From the NCBI GenBank assembly GCA_963744145.1, contig CAVUSO010000001.1, positions 4,224,001 to 4,288,000 on the forward strand: a stretch of 64,000 bases of DNA, written 5' to 3'. Positions within the stretch are counted from its first letter, which is position 1. Each line of letters opens with the position of its first letter. The stretch comes from an uncultured cyanobacterium (GTDB lineage Bacteria; Cyanobacteriota; Cyanobacteriia; Cyanobacteriales; CAWUOF01). The position numbers and the translations under genes were made by a program. The notes under the pieces were generated by a model that saw only the letters and a program-made list of their open reading frames with translations, did no database searches and was not told the origin of the DNA. Shown in pieces: positions 42,596 through 52,791 of this stretch.

Positions 42596-44824
42596 ATGCT
42601 AGGTTTGCGCTACGAATCAATCCTAGACCTGGTTACCTTCACCACCGAAAAAAGTAAAAATTCTACTTTTCTACCCATCAAAATTTTTACCAAATTAGTC
42701 CAATTCTGTCAACCTTTAATTCTAGCATTATGTGCTGCAACTGCGGAAATTCTTTTTTTGCGTGGTGTCGGGACAGGGGCACTTTTACTAACAGCGATGC
42801 TCCTCCAACCAGCAGTTTTATTAATGGGAATAACCGGAGTAATCGCAGCAGTTACCTTTGCTAAAATTGCTCAACTTGGACAGAACTATCTCGATCGAGG
42901 TCCATTTCTCTTTAACCCACTTCTAGCAGGTTTAAGTGTCGGTTACCTATTTCAACCAGGAGCAGCTTCTTTATTTCTCGCTGGAGTAGCAGGAATATTA
43001 GCTTTTATTCTCACCTGGACTCTATCCCATATCTTCCGAACTTTCTTATTTTTACCTGTCTTAAGTTTACCCTTTATCATCGTCAGTTGGGTAGTACATC
43101 TAGCTGCATTTCGTTATGCTGGATTACAACCAGCAATTATTCCTGCTCATGTTTATTCCATTGGTTTACCAATCTGGATGGAAGGATTCTTGAGAACTTT
43201 AGGGTTGATTTTTTTCCTCCCTAATATCTGGGTAGGAATTGTCGTCGCAGGATTACTATTAGTCAACTCACGCATCCAATTTTTATTAGCAATAGGTGGT
43301 TATGCGTTAGGAACTTCCATTCGCGGTATTCTCACAGGAACATTTATTTATGTCTATTATGATCCAGCAGCATTAAATTTTGTATTAGTTGCATTAGCGA
43401 TCGGTGGTTTTTATCTCCTTCCCTCCATCCGAAGTTATGCGATCGCAGGTTTAGCAATTGGATTAGTTGCAGTATTAAGCGAAGCAGTGAGTGTATTTTG
43501 GGCAGCTTCTGGGTTACCAGTTCATGCGTTACCTTATAATTTAGTCACCTTATTATTGTTGTATGTATTGGGATTAGTAGGATATCGTTGGTTAACTAGA
43601 TATCCTCAACCAACTCCAGAACAAACTCTCGATTATGAATTAACTGCTCGATTAAGATATCAAGGTACGGGAAAAACAATTTCCTTACCTTTTTCTGGTC
43701 GTTGGTTAGTTTGGCAAGGTTTTCATGGTCAATGGACTCATCAAGGTTTGTGGTGTTATGCTTATGATTTTGTGATTCAAGATGAGTCTGGTTCTACTTA
43801 TCGTGATGATGGATTTAATCTGAAAGATTATTATGCTTATGGTAAACCAATCCTCTCTCCAGTTCGAGGTTGGATCGTTCGAGTCATTAGTGATTTACCA
43901 GATTGTGCGATCGGTAATATTGATCAGGAACATAATTGGGGTAATCATATAATTATTTACGATGAACGAGGTTTTTATGTCGAAATATCCCATTTTGCTC
44001 AACATAGCATTACCGTAAAATCAGGCGATCGCGTAGAAATTGGCACTTTATTAGGTCGTTGTGGTAATTCTGGTTATTCTTCCCAACCACATATTCATAT
44101 TCAAGTCCAACTTAGCGCCGAATTAGGTGCAGCAACAGCACTATTTAGTTTTGCTAATCTGATGGTAGATGGTGAATTTAGAGCCGAAGCTACCCCATCA
44201 GAAAATACTATATTAGAACCAGTAGCAAGCGATCGCGCTCTCGCTAAAGCTTTAACTTTCCCCCTTGATTCTAGTTTCGATTTTACTGTTACTCAAAAAG
44301 AAAAAATCGTTGATCATCTCTCTTTAACTACCCGGATCACAGGAGATGGTTGGTTTTATCTAGATTCGGGTAAAGCCAAATTATACTTTAGTCGAGATGA
44401 GTACGGATTTATCTTTCATCGATTAGATGGTAATGATCCTAACTTAGCCTTATTATTAACAGCAATTCCTCGATTACCCCTAGCTAGACGTGAACCCGGA
44501 AATACATGGTCTGATTATCTTCCCGTCGGGATGATGATTACTGGAATTCGACAAATGGTTTACTTATTTGCTAGTTCCTTTGTACCAGAGTTAGCTTCAG
44601 CTCGCTATACTGGTGAATGGATTTCAAATGAAACTTTAGTAGGAGCAGTCACCATCCCAGGAATCAAGAATAAAGTATTGACATCTGCTACTTTTGCTCA
44701 AAATGGAGAAATTCTCAGAGTCGGTGTCGGTCAGCGATCGCTAGTACGTCAAGATTTACAGGTTGTCACCCAGAAATCCCACCGTTGTTTAGGAGTCGGG
44801 ATGAATGGAAGTACCGTTGGTTAG
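42596..44824 (+). CDS. Urea-transporter-like membrane domain fused to an M23 peptidase-like domain
   Basis: About 10 hydrophobic segments (FNPLL, LSLPF, ALPYN), then THQG....YDF, WGN, SHF and GNSGYSSQPHIHIQ. Confidence 0.78.
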   Translation: MLGLRYESILDLVTFTTEKSKNSTFLPIKIFTKLVQFCQPLILALCAATAEILFLRGVGTGALLLTAMLLQPAVLLMGITGVIAAVTFAKIAQLGQNYLDRGPFLFNPLLAGLSVGYLFQPGAASLFLAGVAGILAFILTWTLSHIFRTFLFLPVLSLPFIIVSWVVHLAAFRYAGLQPAIIPAHVYSIGLPIWMEGFLRTLGLIFFLPNIWVGIVVAGLLLVNSRIQFLLAIGGYALGTSIRGILTGTFIYVYYDPAALNFVLVALAIGGFYLLPSIRSYAIAGLAIGLVAVLSEAVSVFWAASGLPVHALPYNLVTLLLLYVLGLVGYRWLTRYPQPTPEQTLDYELTARLRYQGTGKTISLPFSGRWLVWQGFHGQWTHQGLWCYAYDFVIQDESGSTYRDDGFNLKDYYAYGKPILSPVRGWIVRVISDLPDCAIGNIDQEHNWGNHIIIYDERGFYVEISHFAQHSITVKSGDRVEIGTLLGRCGNSGYSSQPHIHIQVQLSAELGAATALFSFANLMVDGEFRAEATPSENTILEPVASDRALAKALTFPLDSSFDFTVTQKEKIVDHLSLTTRITGDGWFYLDSGKAKLYFSRDEYGFIFHRLDGNDPNLALLLTAIPRLPLARREPGNTWSDYLPVGMMITGIRQMVYLFASSFVPELASARYTGEWISNETLVGAVTIPGIKNKVLTSATFAQNGEILRVGVGQRSLVRQDLQVVTQKSHRCLGVGMNGSTVG

Positions 44825-44983
44825 GGACAACAAGCGGACAAATAATTTGACACTCGACAATTGCCATATTATTTTTGTTCGCAGCGTAGGTTGTATATGT
44901 GGTTAAATGTAATGAGAGAGTCGGTGCCAAGAAAATTTGCGGAAATGACTTTCCTTCCAGATAAAATATAAACCTCTGTATTT

Positions 44984-45100
44984 GAGGAGCGACGAGAGCA
45001 AATTATTACTGCGATCGAGAATTGGTGGAATAAATATCGAGTGACGTTGCGTGAGATTGAAACTGAACGGGATACAGCAGCAAAGCGATTAGATGCTTAA
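44984..45100 (+). pseudogene. C-terminal remnant resembling type I R-M HsdM
   Basis: IITAIENWWNKYRVTLREIETERDTAAKRLD resembles HsdM C-termini; no upstream ORF. Confidence 0.5.
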
Positions 45101-45123
45101 AGTAAGTGAATTGAGGAAAGCTG

Positions 45124-45339
45124 ATGAAAGTTAAAGTAACAGAACAAGGTGTAGTCATTCCCAAAGATTTTCTAGAGGGAGTTGAAGAGGTAGAAATCCG
45201 TAAGGAAAATAATATTATCTTTGTGATAGTAACTAATAAAACAGATCCAATTTTTGAGATGGGAATAAATCCTGTAAACTGCGGAGTTTCTGATGCGTCT
45301 GAAAATTTAGATAACTATATTTACGGTTCTATTGAATGA
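45124..45339 (+). CDS. Putative antitoxin (AbrB-like)
   Basis: KVTEQGVVIPK and DASENLDNYIY; overlaps the start of the PIN gene. Confidence 0.7.
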   Translation: MKVKVTEQGVVIPKDFLEGVEEVEIRKENNIIFVIVTNKTDPIFEMGINPVNCGVSDASENLDNYIYGSIE

Positions 45340-45520
45340 ATAGAGTTTTTTTAGATACGAGTTATATTATCGCTTTATAAACAGCCGATGATAATTATTA
45401 TCGGACATTAAAACATTGGCAGGATTTGATTAAAGAACCACCAAAATTAGTAACTACATCTTATATTTTTGACGAAATGGCGCCATTTTTTAATAGTCGA
45501 AATCGTCATCATAAAGCTGT
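45336..45520 (+). pseudogene. PIN toxin pseudogene
   Basis: MNRVFLDTSYIIAL* (TAA at 45378) continues in frame to VTTSYIFDE and is then truncated. Confidence 0.78.
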
Positions 45521-45621
45521 GCTAATCGGTTAATGTCGCGATCGCTCGCATATACGGTATAATTCAATATGGTTCAGTTAAGGGTTGGTCAAGATGCAGG
45601 GATTTTGGGGCGATCGTCTCT

Positions 45622-45735
45622 GTAGATGCCTTGCACATCGCCAGCGCAGAAGCATCTAACAGCGATTACTTTCTCACTTGTGATCAGCGTCTGATTAATC
45701 GTTGCCAAGAGCTAGCCTTAAACGTTATGAACCCC
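45622..45735 (+). pseudogene. PIN-domain C-terminal fragment inside the element
   Basis: VDALHIASAEASNSDYFLTCDQRL...NP. Confidence 0.7.
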
Positions 45736-46104
45736 GCATCCTTTACAGCGGATTCGGTGGTTGATGAAGTACAGTAAGATTTAGCATGAATGGCGATCTG
45801 TTAAAGTCGCTTGTGAGTTATCTGTGTTGGTTGGGCAGGTTTATGATCGTTATCTGTTTGGAGCAGAATTGATTGGTGAACCTGCCCCTACAAATCCCGG
45901 TTGATTGTGATCATAAATTCATTCACCAGACATTTTTATGAGCTAATTTGATCTTAAATGTTATATTTTTTGGTGAATCTCTGTAGGGGCGGGTTCACCG
46001 ATGAACTTGCTACACACAAATAACCTTAATGAACCCGCCCTGCCCCACAGATCAACTTGATGAACTTCATAAACCTGGAATAGGCTGTATCACGGAGATC
46101 GACT

Positions 46105-46314
46105 ATGAAAGTTAATCTACCCAAGGAACAACAAGTGATCCAAGAAGCCCTGCAAATTCTCTATGCTCACATGACCCCACTCAAAGTCGCCCGCTTTATC
46201 ACCGCTTGTCAGCTAGGCGAAGGAGACTATCTCCAAACCAAAGACGAACTGTTTGTCGATGAAACCGTAGATAGTTTGTGTGACAAGATTAAAGCCTTTA
46301 AGCAAGGTAAATAG
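46105..46314 (+). CDS. Small hypothetical protein, probable PIN partner
   Basis: KVARF..GEGDYLQTK; lies downstream of the PIN fragment. Confidence 0.55.
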   Translation: MKVNLPKEQQVIQEALQILYAHMTPLKVARFITACQLGEGDYLQTKDELFVDETVDSLCDKIKAFKQGK

Positions 46315-46424
46315 ACAGCGATCGCCATCTCAATATTTCGCCCAGTTCTCCGCTGATGTCCTCCAAAATATTCTTAACTGAACCGTATTGCGGTATGATT
46401 AACTGTCAGAACGCTATTCCCAGA

Positions 46425-46694
46425 GCGAGGCGATCGCAGTGAAACAATAATAAAGATGCAACAATCGCGTGAGCTGATTCGCAGTTATGCCGCTTATGCT
46501 CTGAGTGCCTTTAAGAATTTTAGTGCAGCAGACATAGAAGAAATTACCCTGAAATTTGGGTTAAATATTGGTGGTAAAGCCGGAATTCCTTTTATCACAG
46601 AAGGAACTGCCGAAAGCAATTTAGAAATCGAAGTTAAATATAAATTTTCTAAGGCGACTTAAAAAAAATTAAATAAAAAACGATTAACTGTTAA
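46425..46694 (+). pseudogene. 5'-truncated copy of the 52792-53175 gene and its downstream DNA
   Basis: Matches ~52938-53207, starting at a HIP1 site. Confidence 0.88.
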
Positions 46695-46738
46695 GTGCTT
46701 TTTTATTGGTATTCGAGGAAGGCGATCGCTCCAAATGT

Positions 46739-47659
46739 ATGACCAATGATTTTCCCATCTTGTTTGTTACGGAAAAAGCTTATGAAGAATCCTCGAATGA
46801 AATTTTAGGGAGCAAGTATAAGTTTTGGTTCTATCACGAAGAATTTGGTCGTTGTCTTTACAAACAAAACCGAGTCAACTTGGGAGAAGATTGGGCAGAG
46901 AAAGTCGCATCAGAATTGTGTGAATTAATCGGACTTCCTCACGCTGTTTATGAATTGGCTTCAACTTGGAAAGGCGATCGCGGTGTAATTTCACCCAACT
47001 TTTTACCACAAGGGGGGACGCTTGTACATGGTAACGAACTGCTTACTTCAATTGTGCCAAATTACCTAACATTTAGCACCTACGGCGCATCACAACATAC
47101 AATTGATGTAGTTTTAAGAGTTATTGCAGGCAGTTCTGTAAATTTACCCATTAATTGGACACCGCCCTCTGGTATCCAAAAAGCAGTGGATGTATTTGTT
47201 GGCTATCTTTTGTTAGATGCGTGGATTGGTAACGGAGATCGTCACCATGAAAACTGGGGGATTGTCCGAATAAAACCGTCATCTACTTCAGAAGAAATGG
47301 AACACTTAGCACCTACTTACGATCATGCCTCAAGTTTAGGACGTGAACTCTCTGATGAAAAAAGGCAGAAACGATCTATACTGGATTATACCGACAAATG
47401 TTTTTCAGCGTTTTATGGTAGTGTTGATGATAAAAAGAGCCTGAAAGTTTTTGATACATTCTCCCAAGTTGTTCATCGTTATCCCCAAGCAGCTAGTGTG
47501 TGGTTGACGCGACTTGAAAATATATCAGAAGCCAATATATTAGATATTTTTAATCGCATTAATTGCTCACGGATCTCTCCCAATGCCAGTAATTTTGCTC
47601 AAAAAATTCTGGAAATTAACAAACACAGGATACTAACCTTATGGGAAACACTACCTTAA
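46739..47659 (+). CDS. HipA-like kinase
   Basis: GSKYKFW, EDWAEK, IGNGDRHHENWG and LAPTYDHASSLG. Confidence 0.85.
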   Translation: MTNDFPILFVTEKAYEESSNEILGSKYKFWFYHEEFGRCLYKQNRVNLGEDWAEKVASELCELIGLPHAVYELASTWKGDRGVISPNFLPQGGTLVHGNELLTSIVPNYLTFSTYGASQHTIDVVLRVIAGSSVNLPINWTPPSGIQKAVDVFVGYLLLDAWIGNGDRHHENWGIVRIKPSSTSEEMEHLAPTYDHASSLGRELSDEKRQKRSILDYTDKCFSAFYGSVDDKKSLKVFDTFSQVVHRYPQAASVWLTRLENISEANILDIFNRINCSRISPNASNFAQKILEINKHRILTLWETLP

Positions 47660-47669
47660 AAACACTAAA

Positions 47670-48435
47670 AATGAAGACATCAAAAACACTATTTTTAGCT
47701 TGGCAAGACTATTTTAGTCGCGCTTGGTTTACCATAGGTCGGTTAACATTTGACGGAGATATTTATAAATTTGTCTATACGCAAGGTGTAAAAGAAGCTC
47801 AAGAAAAATGTGCTTTTAATCCTTTATCTTCCTTTCCATATTTAGATCAAGTCTATACATCAACTCACCTATTTCCAGTCTTTGCTAATCGGTTAATGTC
47901 GCGATCGCGTCCTGATTATTCCAGTTTTATTGAATCGTTAAATCTTTTACCTGATAATAACGAACCAATGGAAGTTTTAGCCCGCAGTGGTGGAGAACGA
48001 GAAACAGATACACTTGCGGTTTTTCCTTGTCCAGAAGTTGATGAAAAGGGACAATACAATCTCTATTTTTTCTCGCATGGGTTGCGACACTTACCAACCA
48101 GTGCAATTGAGCGGATTAATCAGTTTGAACCTAGAGAAGAATTATGGTTAGCTCACGAATTTCAAAATTCTTACGATTATCAGGCTTTAACTTTAAATAC
48201 TAAAGACCATTACATTGTCGGTTATTGTCCGCGATATTTGCTGGCAGAAATTTTTGAATTGCTTCGGCAAAATTCCAGTCTAAAAGTGCGAGTAGAGCAA
48301 GTAAATAAATCTCCAACCCCACTTCAGTTTCGTCTGTTATGTAAAATGAGTGTCAATTGTAGAGATAATTTTTGTCCTTTCTCAAGTAGTCAATATCAAT
48401 CGCTGATTGTAGAAATTGCGATGAAATCTGCATAA
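47670..48435 (+). CDS. HIRAN-domain partner protein
   Basis: LFLAWQD, LFPVFANRL..RPDY and NSYD..A....VGYCPRY. Confidence 0.8.
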
Positions 48436-48453
48436 CGCTTGGTATTATAATAA

Positions 48454-48557
48454 CAAGATTTACGCAAAATATCAACGCGATCGCATATACGGTATAATTA
48501 ACTGTCAGAACGCTATTCCTAGAACGAGGCTCGCTAACATAAAATGCGTAAGTCTTG
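48454..48557. mobile_element. 104-bp MITE-like element with 13-bp TIRs
   Basis: caagatttacgca ... tgcgtaagtcttg (1 mismatch); target duplication is weak. Confidence 0.55.
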
Positions 48558-48650
48558 TATATATTAAGTGCTGCTGAATATCTCATTAACTAGGAATATG
48601 CTGTAAATTGCACCAGTCTATAAATCGTGGCAGTTTATAAATCTTTGTGA

Positions 48651-51600
48651 TCATTTCCATTGATTACAAACTTCTTTTATAGAATCAACTACACCTCGCA
48701 TAGCTGTTTCTTCACCTAATGAAATAATAGCAGGATAAAGAGTTACTAAGTTTTTTATAAAGTCTTGTCTATTAGTAGATGCTAGGATGTGAAGATATAA
48801 CTTCCAATCAGAGAATGATAAATTAGATAAATCAAGACTATGGAGAAAACCATTGATTGCTTTTGCTTGATTTGGTTTAGAATTTATCTTAAAAATCTCA
48901 TTTTTCACTTGAGATAATAATTGTTCAGGTACGAATTTACTTAGACCATTCAATACCTCTGCCCGACTGGATTCATCCTGAATAGTGCGTGCCGCATCCA
49001 AGGCTTCGGCAAAATAGGCCCTATCAATCTGAGCAAGGGAACTCAATACCTCTGCCCGACTGGATTCATCCTGAATAGTGCGTGCTGCATCCAAGGCTTC
49101 GGCAAAATAGGCCCTATCAATCTGAGCAAGGGAACTCAATACCTCTGCCCGACTGTATTTATCCTGAATAGTACGTGCCGCATCCAATAAAACTGAGAAA
49201 TCTGCACCATCAATCTGAGCAAGAGATCTCAATACCAATGCCCGAAGGGATTCAGACTGAATAGCGCGTGCCGTATCCAATAAAACTGAGAAATCTGCAC
49301 TATCAATCTGAGCAAGAGATCTCAATACTAATGCTCGAAGGGGTTCAGACTGAATAGTGCGTGCTGCATCTAATGCTTCTCCAAAATAAGCACTATCAAT
49401 TTGAGCAAGGAATCTCAATACCTCTGCCCGACTGTATTTATCCTGAATAGCGCGTGCCGCATTCAATAAAACTGAGAAATCCGCACTATCAATCTGAGCA
49501 AGGGATCTTAATACCCATGCCCGCAAGAATTTATCCTGAATAGTGTGTGCCGCATCCAATAAAACTGAGAAATCCGCACTATCAATCTGAGCAAGGGAAC
49601 TCAATACCTCCGCCCGAATAGATTCAGACTGAATAGCGCGTACTGCATCCAATGCTTCGGCAAAATAGGCCCTATCAATCTGAGCAAGGGAACTTAATAC
49701 CTTTGCCCGAATAGATTCATCCTGAATAGCGCGTGCCGCATCCAATGCTTCTGTAAAACAGGCACTATCAATCTGAGCAAGGGAACTCAATACCTTTGCC
49801 CGAAGTGCCCGACGGGATTCATCCTGAATAGCGCGTGCCGCATCCAATGCTTCTGTAAAACAGGCACTATCAATCTGAGCAAGAGAACTCAATACCCATG
49901 CCCGAAAGGATTCATCCTGAAGAGCGCGTGTCGCATCCAATGCTTCGGCAAAATAGGCCCTATCAATCTGAGCAAGAGAACTCAATACTAATGCCCAAAT
50001 GAATTGATCCTGACTAGCTTGTGCTGCATCCAATGCTTCTGTAAAATAGGCATTATCAATCTGAGCAAGAGAACTCAATACTAATGCCCGATTTTTTTCA
50101 TCCTGAATAGCGCGTGCTGCATCTAATGCTTCGGTAAAATAGGCCCTATCAATCTGAGCCAGGGCACTCAATGCCTCTGCCCGATTTTTTTTATCCTGAA
50201 TAGCGCGTGCTGCATCCAATGCTTCGGTAAAATAGGCCCTATCAATCTGAGCCAGGGCACTCAATACTTCTGCCCGATTGGATTCATTCTGAATAGCGCG
50301 TGTCGCATCCAATGCTTCGGCAAAATAGGCCCTATCAATCTGAGCCAGGGCACTCAATGCCTCTGCCCGATGGTATTCATCCTGAATAGCGCTTATTTTT
50401 GTTAAAGCCTTCTTAAATAATGGTTTGGAAAAATAACAACATAATCCCTTAATCCATTCGGCTATTTTATGTTCATCTTGCATTTGCTCTACATAAGCCC
50501 AAGCTTGCTCTATTGTCCAAAATTTACCTTTGACAAATTCTTTGATCATGTCAATCGGTAGGTTTTCCAATAAACTGTTTAATGTTGCTGTAATTAAGGC
50601 ATACCGATATTGCAGAACAATAGAGCGGGTTTTGTCTTGCTCATATTGTTGTTCGGCGATCGCCCAAGCTCTAGCCACATCTTCCACAAAAATTGCTGGT
50701 TGACCAAGGCGATCGCAAGTTTCAAACCAAGCATTATGTCCTAAGCGATCGCTACTACCTAGAAGAGTATGAATTTCATCAATCCAACCAGCTTGCTCTA
50801 AGTGCCAAGTCAACTGACGATGAATATATCCATCATTCGGTAAATTATACCAAGATTTTTCCTCAGTTTTTTCTCGGTAACGTTCTAGAAATTGTTGATG
50901 AGCCAAAGATAAGCAAGAACAATTTTTATCCCTAGAGCCTAGAGAATTAAGCTTACCTTCTTCAATCAGACTCCGAGCCATATCGTGCATAAGGTCGTGG
51001 ATACGATAGGTTGGCTCATCCTCTAATGTAGTAACACCATCAGTCAGAAAAGAACGGTGTCGCAATAATGACAATCTTTGTTTAACTTGCACATTAGACG
51101 ACAAATTCCACAGAACCGAAGCAACCTCTAGGGTAAGATTAACATCTTCTGGCAAAATACCTAACCAGGCAAACTGTTCTAACTGTTCCTGATTCAGCCG
51201 CTTTAAACTTAAGTTGAAACAAACTTCCAAACTATGTTTACGCTGTTCTTGCTCATCTAAATCTTCCCATCTTTCCGATGACTGTAAAAGTTTAAATACT
51301 CTAGAAAACTCAGCCTTAAATTCAGCTCGTAATTCCGCCCAAGTTGAACCATCTTTGATTAAGTTAATCGCTAAATCCAGAGCTAATGGCAAATATCCCA
51401 ATACCTGAGCAAAGGCTTTTGCTTCTATTTGATCAGCATCTTTCCAATCTTTGCCTAACTTTCCTTTAATCAGTTCTAACGCTTCATCTTCGCTCATCAA
51501 ATCTAAAGAATAGTAATCAGCCTGAGCAATTCTTGCTTCCCTAGTTGTCACCAATACCCGACAACCTTCACCACCCACCTGAAACCATTTAGCATGATCT

Positions 51601-52754
51601 GCATTCCACACATCATCTACTACCAGCAACATTTGTTTTTCTGCTAACAAAGTTTGTAAATACTGAGTAGCTGATTCCTTAGTATTTGCACTAAATGCTT
51701 CCCGCGATCGATCAAGCTCTCGAATCCAATCCCCTAATAACTTCTGTAAATCCGGTTTTTGTCCTAAAGTTACCCAGAGAATTCCATCTTCAAACCGAGC
51801 ATTTACTTCTGGATCTCGCACTAGAGCCGCAGCTAAAACTGACTTTCCTAAACCTCCTAATCCAGCGATCGCGGTTACTACCAGAGTTTGTCCATTTCTG
51901 CCCAGAAGTTTTTCTTTTACTGCTTTGAGAGCATCTAACCGTTCCACGTAATTTTCTGGTAAGGGAATATGGGGAAACGACTTAGATTTCTGAGGTTTTC
52001 TTTGAGTAGAATAATTGAGAATGGGAATAGGTCGTCCACTGAGCAGGTGAACGGGTTCTTGACCACTTCCCTTTAATTGAATACAAATAAAAACGGTTAG
52101 TATACCAGCATAAATATTGCCATCATCAGCAGCTTGTTCCGGTTGGAGTCCTTGCAGCAACGCTTTAGTAAAAAGACCATGCTCTTGATCTTCATAAGCC
52201 TTTTCTTCGGCTCTACAAGCTGTAATTAAACAATAGTCAGGCTGACGATTAAAGCTTTTTAAAGTTGACTGTACTAAATCTTTGCTGAAGGTCTCAAGTA
52301 AAGCTCCTGCATGACAGCAATCTAAGAGAATTACTAAACTGCTGAGATCAGAATCGCTCACCAACTTATTCAAATCTTCTAATCGAATCAGCGTTTCCAT
52401 ATCTTTTTTAGCAGAATTGGAAGCAGCGAGAAAACCTTGTTTTTCTCCAGAAAGAGTAGTTATTTGAAAACCATGTCCTGCATAATAAACTAGAGCATCT
52501 TTCCGAGCAGCTTTTTCGAGCAGAAAAGTTTTTAGAGTTTGATAGAGATCGGCAGCTAGAACTTTTTGTGAGATAATCTCATAACGACTTTTCTCATTAA
52601 CCCATTTACAAGGAAACCGGACAACCTCTTGAAAAGCTCCAGACCGTTCTAGCAATTGAGCCATTTCCTCCGCATCAGTAACCGCTTTCTTTAAGGAAGG
52701 GAAACTAGGAGAGTCATATTGAGAAATACCGATTACCAGTGCATATCGCGTCAT
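48651..52754 (-). CDS. Caspase-like protease / NB-ARC NTPase / 31-aa helical repeat protein (bacterial NLR-like)
   Basis: AGHG and LDCC dyad, GLGGLGKS, VVDDVW, TTR, GYLPLAL, IHDL and ~15 C-terminal repeats. Confidence 0.9.
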   Translation of the reverse strand: MTRYALVIGISQYDSPSFPSLKKAVTDAEEMAQLLERSGAFQEVVRFPCKWVNEKSRYEIISQKVLAADLYQTLKTFLLEKAARKDALVYYAGHGFQITTLSGEKQGFLAASNSAKKDMETLIRLEDLNKLVSDSDLSSLVILLDCCHAGALLETFSKDLVQSTLKSFNRQPDYCLITACRAEEKAYEDQEHGLFTKALLQGLQPEQAADDGNIYAGILTVFICIQLKGSGQEPVHLLSGRPIPILNYSTQRKPQKSKSFPHIPLPENYVERLDALKAVKEKLLGRNGQTLVVTAIAGLGGLGKSVLAAALVRDPEVNARFEDGILWVTLGQKPDLQKLLGDWIRELDRSREAFSANTKESATQYLQTLLAEKQMLLVVDDVWNADHAKWFQVGGEGCRVLVTTREARIAQADYYSLDLMSEDEALELIKGKLGKDWKDADQIEAKAFAQVLGYLPLALDLAINLIKDGSTWAELRAEFKAEFSRVFKLLQSSERWEDLDEQEQRKHSLEVCFNLSLKRLNQEQLEQFAWLGILPEDVNLTLEVASVLWNLSSNVQVKQRLSLLRHRSFLTDGVTTLEDEPTYRIHDLMHDMARSLIEEGKLNSLGSRDKNCSCLSLAHQQFLERYREKTEEKSWYNLPNDGYIHRQLTWHLEQAGWIDEIHTLLGSSDRLGHNAWFETCDRLGQPAIFVEDVARAWAIAEQQYEQDKTRSIVLQYRYALITATLNSLLENLPIDMIKEFVKGKFWTIEQAWAYVEQMQDEHKIAEWIKGLCCYFSKPLFKKALTKISAIQDEYHRAEALSALAQIDRAYFAEALDATRAIQNESNRAEVLSALAQIDRAYFTEALDAARAIQDKKNRAEALSALAQIDRAYFTEALDAARAIQDEKNRALVLSSLAQIDNAYFTEALDAAQASQDQFIWALVLSSLAQIDRAYFAEALDATRALQDESFRAWVLSSLAQIDSACFTEALDAARAIQDESRRALRAKVLSSLAQIDSACFTEALDAARAIQDESIRAKVLSSLAQIDRAYFAEALDAVRAIQSESIRAEVLSSLAQIDSADFSVLLDAAHTIQDKFLRAWVLRSLAQIDSADFSVLLNAARAIQDKYSRAEVLRFLAQIDSAYFGEALDAARTIQSEPLRALVLRSLAQIDSADFSVLLDTARAIQSESLRALVLRSLAQIDGADFSVLLDAARTIQDKYSRAEVLSSLAQIDRAYFAEALDAARTIQDESSRAEVLSSLAQIDRAYFAEALDAARTIQDESSRAEVLNGLSKFVPEQLLSQVKNEIFKINSKPNQAKAINGFLHSLDLSNLSFSDWKLYLHILASTNRQDFIKNLVTLYPAIISLGEETAMRGVVDSIKEVCNQWK
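48950..50392 (-). repeat. 93-bp coding tandem repeats, ~15.5 copies
   Basis: Recurring ctatcaatctgagc motif; encodes LSSLAQIDxAxFxxxLDAARxIQ. Confidence 0.95.
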
Positions 52755-52791
52755 TCTGATAATTGACCTAAAATCATTTTGCTGTTAACCT

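Larger units (their letters stand above)
45565..46390. mobile_element. Non-autonomous cargo element with 18-bp TIRs and 10-bp target duplication
   Basis: caatatggttcagttaag / cttaactgaaccgtattg ends; flanks cggtataatt / cggtatgatt; empty site at 48481-48520. Confidence 0.88.

Noticed and set aside
44838..44854. gacaaataatttgacac resembling a CAST TnsB site
   Set aside because: Single copy, with no terminal TGT and no repeats.
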